A stretch of 64,000 bases of DNA from Lewinellaceae bacterium (GTDB lineage Bacteria > Bacteroidota > Bacteroidia > Chitinophagales > Saprospiraceae): assembly GCA_020636005.1 (NCBI GenBank), contig JACJYR010000006.1:191723-255722 (forward strand). Direction: 5' to 3'. Below the pieces are notes generated by a model that was not told where the DNA came from, did no database searches, and was given only the letters and a program-made list of their open reading frames with translations. A program made the position numbers and the translations under genes. The first letter of the stretch is position 1, and each line of letters opens with the position of its first letter. Positions 45,492 through 53,073 of the stretch are shown piece by piece.

Positions 45492-48400
45492 TTAATTTTT
45501 CGTCGTCTGTACGGGCAGGCAAATCTGCGCCGGGCAGTTCACATCTATCAAATAGGTTTCAACCTCCCCACTGTTCAGGTAACCGCCAGGCGTTGTCGGC
45601 TGGGTGTTGCTCAAGCGTACGACCAAACCGATGTTCGTACCAGTAGTTGCAGTTGATGGCACTGTGATGGTCATGTAACCTGGGAAGCTTCCACCACTGT
45701 CATCCAGGCTCACCACATGTTCGCCCGGGTCGTCGAAGTCGCCGTCGCCATTCCAGTCAATCCATGCTTCCAGGTAGGCCGTATTGCCAGTTGTATTGGT
45801 TACAGTGAAAGGCACCCTGATAGTCCCGCCTGGCACGATGTCGTAGGTAGATCCGACAACAACGCCGTCGTCATCGTCGCCGCCATCCGTGTCGTCACCG
45901 TCACCGTTGGCGCTGGGCTGGCCATCGCTGTCCGCATCTATGTTTGTACCCAGATGGAGGCCGGTAATGATACCGTGGCTTGGGCCGCCATCAGCAGCAG
46001 TAGTCGAGTAGTTGCCACCGACGGAAGCATCTGGCAAGTCTCCGTAGTCAACCGTGCAGGAGCCGGTAATTATTTCCTGCGCCGTTGCGGTGCAGCCATT
46101 AGCCCCGGTTACAGTTACCGTGTAGGTACCCGCTGTGGTCACGCTGATATTAGCTGTTGTTTCTGTGGTTGACCACAAGTAACTGACCCCGCCCGTAGCT
46201 GTGAGTGAAATCGAAGTCTGGATACAGGTCAAAGCAGTTGTCCCGGTATTGTTCGTGATGCCGGCCGTCGGCGGCGTGATGTCTTGCGTGATGACCAGTT
46301 GAGAGGTTGCCGTGCAGCCGTTCGCACCCGTCACCGTCACCGTGTAGGTGCCGGGCGTGGTGATGCTCGTCGCTGCCGTCGCATCGCTGTTCGACCATAG
46401 GTAGCTCGTGCCGCCCGTGGCCGTCAGGTCTATCTGCGTGGTCGTACAGGTCAGGACGGTTGTCCCTGTGTTGTTCGTGATGCCGGCAGTCGGCGGCGTG
46501 ATGTCTTGCGTGATGACCAGTTGAGAGGTCGCCGTGCAGCCGTTCGCACCCGTCACCGTCACCGTGTAGGTGCCGGGCGTGGTGATGCTCGTCGCTGCCG
46601 TCGCATCGCTGTTCGACCATAGGTAGCTCGTGCCGCCCGTGGCCGTCAGGTCTATCTGCGTGGTCGTACAGGTCAGGACGGTTGTCCCTGTGTTGTTCGT
46701 GATGCCGGCAGTCGGCGGCGTGATGTCTTGCGTGATGACCAGTTGAGAGGTTGCCGTGCAGCCGTTCGCACCCGTCACCGTCACCGTGTAGGTGCCGGGC
46801 GTGGTGATGCTCGTCGCTGCCGTCGCATCGCTGTTCGACCATAGGTAGCTCGTGCCGCCCGTGGCCGTCAGGTCTATCTGCGTGGTCGTACAGGTCAGGA
46901 CGGTTGTCCCTGTGTTGTTCGTGATGCCGGCCGTCGGCGGCGTGATGTCTTGCGTGATGACCAGTTGAGAGGTTGCCGTACAGCCGTTCGCACCCGTCAC
47001 CGTCACCGTGTAGGTGCCGGGCGTGGTGATGCTCGTCGCTGCCGTCGCATCGCTGTTCGACCATAGGTAGCTCGTGCCGCCCGTGGCCGTCAGGTCTATC
47101 TGCGTGGTCGTACAGGTCAGGACGGTTGTCCCTGTGTTGTTCGTGATGCCGGCCGTCGGCGGCGTGATGTCTTGCGTGATGACCAGTTGAGAGGTCGCCG
47201 TGCAGCCGTTCGCACCCGTCACCGTCACCGTGTAGGTGCCGGGCGTGGTGATGCTCGTCGCTGCCGTCGCATCGCTGTTCGACCATAGGTAGCTCGTGCC
47301 GCCCGTGGCCGTCAGGTCTATCTGCGTGGTCGTACAGGTCAGGACGGTCGTCCCTGTGTTGTTCGTGATGCCGGCAGTGGGCGGCGTAATGTCTTGCGTG
47401 ATGACCAGTTGCGACGTAGCCGTGCAGCCGTTCGCACCCGTCACCGTCACCGTGTAGGTGCCGGGCGTGGTGATGCTCGTCGCTGCCGTCGCATCGCTGT
47501 TCGACCATAGGTAGCTCGTGCCGCCCGTGGCCGTCAGGTCTATCTGCGTGGTCGTACAGGTCAGGACGGTTGTCCCTGTGTTGTTCGTGATGCCGGCAGT
47601 GGGCGGCGTGATGTCTTGCGTGATGACCAGTTGCGACGTAGCCGTACAGCCGTTCGCACCCGTCACCGTCACCGTGTAGGTGCCGGGTGTGGTGATGCTC
47701 GTCGCTGCCGTCGCATCGCTGTTCGACCATAAGTAGCTCGTGCCGCCCGTGGCCGTCAGGTCTATCTGTGGGGTCGTACAGGTCAGGACGGTCGTCCCTG
47801 TGTTGTTCGTGATGCCGGCAGTGGGGAGTGCTTTGTATTGAACCGTTATCGGGCAACATGACCCACCGCTACAGGCCCCAACTGCACCTCCGTTGACAGT
47901 GAAAGTGAAATCCCCTTCTTCTGTTATGTTATAGGTTTGGGAGGTTGCCCCGCTAATAGGGTTGCCGTCTTTGAACCATTGATAGGACGTATATCCGGCA
48001 GGAGCAGTCGCTGTGAGATCAATAGTGGAACCCGCACAATATTCTACTGGAACCGTTACGCAAGCTGCTGCATAATCATCTTCCAACGGACTGGCATCAG
48101 TCGGGTCTGAGTCACCATCGTATTCGGTCATGTCAGTGATATGGGATTGCAATGTTTGGGCTCCTTCTCCGGTCATCTCGACTACTAAAGTCATGGAAAC
48201 AGAAGCAGTCCCGCTGCTGATGTTGCCTATATCCCAGACATGTGTGGTAGTATTATAGGAACCTGTACCGGGAACCGCTGACACAAAGGATGTACCTGCG
48301 GGCAAAATATTGGTTACTTTAACCCCGGTTACACTGGTAGCCCCCTGATTGTTGACAGTAATGGTGAAAGTCACGTTGTCGCCGATAGCAACAGTTCCGG

Positions 48401-48506
48401 ATGTGGTGGAGACGCTTAATGACAGGTCGTTTTGACCAAAAAGGGAAAATGCCGTGCAAAACGTCACTGCCCAAACGGTCAGTAGTTTTTGTACTGAAGG
48501 TCGCAT
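45492..48506 (-). CDS. Surface protein with a DUF11-like N-terminal module, 8 x 74-aa tandem Ig-like repeats, a GEVED-type domain and a non-canonical Cys-rich C-terminal tail
   Basis: I chose the start at MRPSVQKLLTVWAVTFCTAFSLFGQ (signal peptide). The DUF11-like module is IGDNVTFTITVNNQGATSVTGVKVTNILPAGT. The GEVED-type region is DYGDLPD...LEAWIDWNGDGDFDD...SGEVETYLIDV. The protein ends NCPAQICLPVQTTKN. Confidence 0.85.
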   Translation of the reverse strand: MRPSVQKLLTVWAVTFCTAFSLFGQNDLSLSVSTTSGTVAIGDNVTFTITVNNQGATSVTGVKVTNILPAGTSFVSAVPGTGSYNTTTHVWDIGNISSGTASVSMTLVVEMTGEGAQTLQSHITDMTEYDGDSDPTDASPLEDDYAAACVTVPVEYCAGSTIDLTATAPAGYTSYQWFKDGNPISGATSQTYNITEEGDFTFTVNGGAVGACSGGSCCPITVQYKALPTAGITNNTGTTVLTCTTPQIDLTATGGTSYLWSNSDATAATSITTPGTYTVTVTGANGCTATSQLVITQDITPPTAGITNNTGTTVLTCTTTQIDLTATGGTSYLWSNSDATAATSITTPGTYTVTVTGANGCTATSQLVITQDITPPTAGITNNTGTTVLTCTTTQIDLTATGGTSYLWSNSDATAATSITTPGTYTVTVTGANGCTATSQLVITQDITPPTAGITNNTGTTVLTCTTTQIDLTATGGTSYLWSNSDATAATSITTPGTYTVTVTGANGCTATSQLVITQDITPPTAGITNNTGTTVLTCTTTQIDLTATGGTSYLWSNSDATAATSITTPGTYTVTVTGANGCTATSQLVITQDITPPTAGITNNTGTTVLTCTTTQIDLTATGGTSYLWSNSDATAATSITTPGTYTVTVTGANGCTATSQLVITQDITPPTAGITNNTGTTVLTCTTTQIDLTATGGTSYLWSNSDATAATSITTPGTYTVTVTGANGCTATSQLVITQDITPPTAGITNNTGTTALTCIQTSISLTATGGVSYLWSTTETTANISVTTAGTYTVTVTGANGCTATAQEIITGSCTVDYGDLPDASVGGNYSTTAADGGPSHGIITGLHLGTNIDADSDGQPSANGDGDDTDGGDDDDGVVVGSTYDIVPGGTIRVPFTVTNTTGNTAYLEAWIDWNGDGDFDDPGEHVVSLDDSGGSFPGYMTITVPSTATTGTNIGLVVRLSNTQPTTPGGYLNSGEVETYLIDVNCPAQICLPVQTTKN
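46053..47828 (-). repeat. Tandem repeat, 8 units of exactly 222 bp (7 near-identical plus 1 diverged), in frame within 45492..48506
   Basis: On the coding strand, units start at 47828, 47606, 47384, 47162, 46940, 46718, 46496 and 46274. The unit protein is PPTAGITNNTGTTVLTCTTTQIDLTATGGTSYLWSNSDATAATSITTPGTYTVTVTGANGCTATSQLVITQDIT. Confidence 0.95.
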
Positions 48507-48674
48507 TTGTGTGTTGAGTTTGGTTAAAAAAAAAATTAAAACAGCCGAGGCTGAAACGGGGGAATGGGTGTAATGAGAGGGAGGCATTCAACACTAAAAA
48601 TGCGAAAGGCCTCCAATAAAACTATGAATGATGAACGATGAATGAGGAACTGAAAAGTAGTGCAAAACCCATCG

Positions 48675-51600
48675 TTAGTTATTCCTGATGGTAGATACAG
48701 GCAAGCAAATCTGCGGGGGGCAGCACCTGTAAACAGTGATTGTCCAATCTTCTGTGTCGTCTGGGCAGGGGGGTATACCAGTTATGGTATATCGAAAAGT
48801 ATAGGTGTCAATGGGTAGGCCGTTGGGATTGAGGACGCCAGTGGAAGCATTGAAATTTGGGCCGGGGGACCCACCTATTACCGACCAAACGCCTCCAGCA
48901 TTTTCTCCGGTCAGTTTTTCAAAAAGATCAATGTTGGGAAGTCCACTGCCTTCCAGACAGGTAGAGTCATTTGCAACTGCCGTGCCAGCATTGACGGGTT
49001 GGTTCACAATTACTGAAAAAGGACCGCTAATCGCAGTGCAGCCGCTCGCATTCGTCACAGTTACAGAATAGCTCGTTGTGGAAGCTGGTGAAACTATGAT
49101 AGGGGCTGTCGTTGCCCCTGTATTCCAAAGATAGGTGCCGCCGCCGCTCGCCGTCAAGGTGGTGCTGCCGCCAGCACAGATCGTATTGGTGCCGCTGATG
49201 CCCGCCGTCGGGTTGCTGTTCACCGTCACCGTCCTCGTGGCCGTAGCCGTGCAGCCATTTGCATTTGTTACCGTGACCGTGTAGGTAGTCGTTGTAGCAG
49301 GCGTCACCGTGACGGCGGCGGTAGTTGCCGCAGTGCTCCACAAATAGGTGCCGCCGCCGCTCGCTGTCAGCGTCGTGCTGCCACCAGCGCAGATGGTGTT
49401 CGTGCCGCTGATACTGGCCGTCGGGTTGGCGTTCACCGTCACAACTGTGGAAGAAGTGTAAGTGCAGCCTTTCGAATCGGTAACAGTGACGGTGTATGTA
49501 CCCGCATTTAAAGAAGAAGCATTTGCAATGGAAGGATTGTGCAGGGATGAGGTAAAACTGGCCGGCCCCGACCAACTCCAGCTTACCGCACCTGTCCCGG
49601 TTTCATTCAAAAGGATGGTTTTGCTGGCGCAAACCGGTGAGTTGCTTGTGGCAACAGCGGTAGTTGGATTTGGCATAAAACCAAAATTGTTTGCACAATC
49701 CAACTGATCGGGGGCAAAGAAAACGGCGGTTTCCACATTGTCGGTAGTCATGGTAGCACCGCAGGGAAGATCGGTAGTGTCAATCTGCAGGACATAGGCA
49801 TTTGTAAAACTGCCGGAAATCTGCAACTGGCTCCTGTTGTAAGTGCCGTTGTCCTGGCTGGGATAGGTGTCGCAAATCCTGAGCGTCCAGGTACCCATTG
49901 CATTTTGACCATTAAAAGCATTCAATGAATTGCTGGGGCTTGCCGTTCTGTCATAATAAGGAGTAGCTACGTCGTCCACATTGTTGTCGTCAATGGCATT
50001 GCCAGAAGCGCTATCGAGCAGCAAATCGTAATTATCGTCCTGGTCGTTGGCACTGCTGGAAATTATCGTGACAGTGGTGCCTTGTGGCGATTGGAGCGTT
50101 ACCTGCAAGTCTCCCCGCCAGGTGTGGGTTGCGTTGAAGCCTACATTGATGTCGGTCACGGTCATGTTTTGGGTGACCGTAAAAGTGCGGATTATTGGGC
50201 TGCTGCAAGGGGAAGTGCTATTGATGGCCACGCCGCCGGCAGGTGCATCATCGTACGTATAAGATCCACTAAACGGGGGATTTATAGAAAACGAATACGC
50301 ACCATCGCTGCCTGTTTCCTGGGTGGAGACAAGGGCATCCGCTCCATCAACCTGGCCATTTAAGTTATTATCCTGGTAAAGGGACACGGTCACATGCTGT
50401 TTCCCGGCTTCCCCATTGTTAGGAACCTGGTTGCCATTGTTGTCGCTAAACACCGCCCCTGAGATCACATTCCCCGCAGAAGTCCCACAGATAACAGTAA
50501 CTATCACCTTGGCCGTGTCGCAGGGCGAACCGCCAACGTCACAAACTTTATAGGCAAAAGAATCAATACCGACAAACCCGGCTACAGGCGTATAAGTAAT
50601 AGCCCCAGTAGCAGGGTTTATGGACAATTGGCCGGAAGCTGCCTGCAAAAGCCCTGTATTTGACACACTTGCATTGCTAATATTATTTCCGAAATCGTTC
50701 GACAATACATTGATGACCACCGGGGTAGCAATGGTAGTAGTGGCCGTATCGTTGAAAGCATTCAGGTCGCAGCCGGATAGCTGGTACGATAGGATGAGAT
50801 CCTGGTTGGTGTACCACCAGGTGTTGATGGTATTGAGATCGCCATAGCTGAAATTCGTATAGTTGTGGCAGGGGGGCGAACACCCATTCACCCGCACTTT
50901 TGGTGCGCCATTTCCAGGGTTCGCAGGGATGTTTACATCATCGTAAAATACTTTTTGGGTGAAACCCGGCACCGTTGGCCTGACGGGTGTCACACCAAAA
51001 CCATTGACGTTGTACTCTACGTCATAGACCGGGAAATGTACCATTCCCTGGGCATAGGTGAAATAAATGGGCACCTGGTTCGACAGGGATACCGTGTTGT
51101 TCAGGCCATTCTTCCCGTCCCAGGGAATACAGCGTTCATAAGGTGGCGATTCGCCTATGTAGGGTGTCATCCGCTCGTAGAGGAGCACATCGGCCGTACC
51201 GGGATCGTAAAGGCCGGGTCCCGATGTTGAATCAAAATCAAGCAACACGAATATATAGCCGGTTTCGGTGACTGCGTAGGAAATGCAAAGGTCACTGGCG
51301 TTGCAATCCACCAGGACCGGATTTGAATACAGCTCCCCAATATTGCCGGATGGATAGGCAGTGATGTCAGGGTCGTTGATGAAAATCTTGTACCGGGTGA
51401 GCGTGTTGTTCGTGTTGGCGACTGATCTTCGGTCCACCTCAAAATCCCCGGTATTTGTCACACCGGTTTCATTATAGGCCAGATTGAACGACAATCCCCG
51501 AAAGCCGGAATTATTGAAGTCCACTTTGCTGACAAAGCCATCGAAGGTATAAAGGTAAACGTGGCCATTGAAGGGCCTGTCGTAGTAAGTGTAGGTAGGA

Positions 51601-52385
51601 TCGCTTCCCTGGCTGATAGAGGGAGTCCTGAGCGACCATTTTTCCGACCAAAGGCGGCCGTTGATCGCTTGGGGGGTGCTGCCGGTTGTCGCCACGGTGA
51701 TGTCCCAGAATTTTATGGCAATGACACCAGTTGATGGGGTAGTCGCATTTCCACTGAATTCGATATAATAGTCACCTGCTGAAAGTCCGGTAGGGATGAA
51801 GGTAAAAGGGTTATAACCGCTTGTCCCAACAATGGGCGCAGGCCCCGCCGAAGCCAAGGCCCATGTGTCGGCATTGGCAGTGGTGCTGTTGATAATCTGG
51901 GGGCCATATACGATATTCCCGTTCGGGTCTTTTATCCTGAAATAGTAGGCTGTATTGATCAAATTGCCATCTGAACCATTGTTGGTGCTGGCCTGTCTGG
52001 AAAAACCCAAATAAACCTGTTCGTTGGAAGGATCACTAATTTGGATCAAAAGCCGGCCACTATGGGGGCCATCGTAAGCTGCAAAGCTGCCGTAAGTCGC
52101 CTCGTTGGCATAGAGCATCGTGACGTCCGTGGAATTGGGCGCAAGCTCCTTTGTTCCTTCTGCCCTTAGGATTGTGTTCAGGCACAAAAAAAGGAAAATT
52201 AATACTATCGGCTTGCACAGTGCATTCCGTAGAGCACTGGATCCTGTTGGCTTTTCAGGCTGGAGTTTTAACCCAAAAACAATCAGAAAATCAGGCATAA
52301 GACACCCGGCATACTGCCTTGCAATGTACAGTAATGCCCTTAAAAACCTTTTAAGGGAAAGAATCATGAGGCGTATGCCTACCAT
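48675..52385 (-). CDS. Large (~1200 aa) secreted multidomain protein with a proprotein-convertase P-domain-like module and the same non-canonical C-terminal tail; start uncertain
   Basis: It has a hydrophobic signal-like segment (KPIVLIFLFLCLNTILRAEG) and a cadherin/Ig-like module (VVINVLSNDFG...ITYTPVAGFVGIDSFAYKVCD). An SdrD-B-like module (ISGAVFSDNNGNQ...GSDGAYSF) and a P-domain-like module (FNATHTWRGDLQVTLQSPQGTTVTI...MGTWTLRICD) follow. The protein ends CCPPQICLPVSTIRNN. Confidence 0.8.
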   Translation of the reverse strand: MVGIRLMILSLKRFLRALLYIARQYAGCLMPDFLIVFGLKLQPEKPTGSSALRNALCKPIVLIFLFLCLNTILRAEGTKELAPNSTDVTMLYANEATYGSFAAYDGPHSGRLLIQISDPSNEQVYLGFSRQASTNNGSDGNLINTAYYFRIKDPNGNIVYGPQIINSTTANADTWALASAGPAPIVGTSGYNPFTFIPTGLSAGDYYIEFSGNATTPSTGVIAIKFWDITVATTGSTPQAINGRLWSEKWSLRTPSISQGSDPTYTYYDRPFNGHVYLYTFDGFVSKVDFNNSGFRGLSFNLAYNETGVTNTGDFEVDRRSVANTNNTLTRYKIFINDPDITAYPSGNIGELYSNPVLVDCNASDLCISYAVTETGYIFVLLDFDSTSGPGLYDPGTADVLLYERMTPYIGESPPYERCIPWDGKNGLNNTVSLSNQVPIYFTYAQGMVHFPVYDVEYNVNGFGVTPVRPTVPGFTQKVFYDDVNIPANPGNGAPKVRVNGCSPPCHNYTNFSYGDLNTINTWWYTNQDLILSYQLSGCDLNAFNDTATTTIATPVVINVLSNDFGNNISNASVSNTGLLQAASGQLSINPATGAITYTPVAGFVGIDSFAYKVCDVGGSPCDTAKVIVTVICGTSAGNVISGAVFSDNNGNQVPNNGEAGKQHVTVSLYQDNNLNGQVDGADALVSTQETGSDGAYSFSINPPFSGSYTYDDAPAGGVAINSTSPCSSPIIRTFTVTQNMTVTDINVGFNATHTWRGDLQVTLQSPQGTTVTIISSSANDQDDNYDLLLDSASGNAIDDNNVDDVATPYYDRTASPSNSLNAFNGQNAMGTWTLRICDTYPSQDNGTYNRSQLQISGSFTNAYVLQIDTTDLPCGATMTTDNVETAVFFAPDQLDCANNFGFMPNPTTAVATSNSPVCASKTILLNETGTGAVSWSWSGPASFTSSLHNPSIANASSLNAGTYTVTVTDSKGCTYTSSTVVTVNANPTASISGTNTICAGGSTTLTASGGGTYLWSTAATTAAVTVTPATTTTYTVTVTNANGCTATATRTVTVNSNPTAGISGTNTICAGGSTTLTASGGGTYLWNTGATTAPIIVSPASTTSYSVTVTNASGCTAISGPFSVIVNQPVNAGTAVANDSTCLEGSGLPNIDLFEKLTGENAGGVWSVIGGSPGPNFNASTGVLNPNGLPIDTYTFRYTITGIPPCPDDTEDWTITVYRCCPPQICLPVSTIRNN

Positions 52386-52961
52386 CGGGTACCTGCTTTC
52401 TGTTCATCCCGCCAGGAAGTTGCTTCTGTGTTGAAGTATAAAAAAGCAGACTTTGAAAGCCACCAGGGCCATCAACGGGAATTGTTGAGTTTCAAGGTTT
52501 TAACCGCTAAGGTGCGATTGGGAAAAAATCAATTTACGGGATGCAACGACCAAATCTGGCGGGTTGCAAAAGGGTGAGGTAGGTCAAATAATATGGCCAG
52601 TTTTGTGAGGATAGGGGGGCAAAAGATTGATTTTACTGGCCTGTAACACTTGGTAGCCAAAAATTATACCATAGGGTTTTTACTGATAAAACCTGAAATG
52701 GCCTGCATTGTCAATAAACCAATGCAGGCCACGGGCATCTACGCTTAGGCTCATTACCACTTTGTGTTGAAATGCAGCCTCTTAGACGGAGAGGCCGGGT
52801 TGTTTGCCAACCCCTAACTGCCGGGTTTGATAACCCGGCCTTTCAAAACGAAAACGGTGCTGAAATGCCCAATACACCTCAAAGGAGGGATGAGCGAAAA
52901 GCTGATTTCTTACTTCCTATATCTGCAATCCTAACAGCAAAAAACTTAATTCACACTGTAC

Positions 52962-53072
52962 TTAGTAACGATGAAAAAATATCTTCACCATTTTGATTTT
53001 GAAAACCCCAGGAATGGAAGGGTTTTTTAAAAATAATCCCGATGTGAAATCGGGATTATTTTTCCTTCGATC
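52962..53072 (+). repeat. Dispersed repeat family 1, copy 2 (ends 1 nt before the stop codon of 53074..60363)
   Basis: It is about 90% identical to 6711..6822. The hairpin AATAATCCCGATgtgaaATCGGGATTATT keeps its stem but has a different loop. U-runs on both strands mean it can act as the terminator of the giant gene. Confidence 0.7.
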
Positions 53073-53073
53073 T

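Noticed and set aside
45492-45539. Reading LPVQT/LPVST in the shared tail as a sortase LPXTG signal.
   Set aside because: It does not fit LPXTG because no Gly follows the Thr. There is no hydrophobic helix or basic tail after it. The host is a diderm Bacteroidota in which sortase anchoring is not expected.
46053-47828. Whether the regular 222-bp array could be a CRISPR array.
   Set aside because: There are no unique spacers. The units are contiguous, in frame and translated as Ig-like domains, the period is far too long, and no cas genes are present in the window.
46150-47859. A 569-aa minus-strand ORF rich in His, Asp and Arg (HHEQHRD.RPDLYD...).
   Set aside because: It is an alternative frame of the 222-bp tandem repeat. 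It stays open only because one repeat unit lacks stops in that frame. Its composition is not protein-like, and the other frame gives a coherent signal-peptide adhesin.
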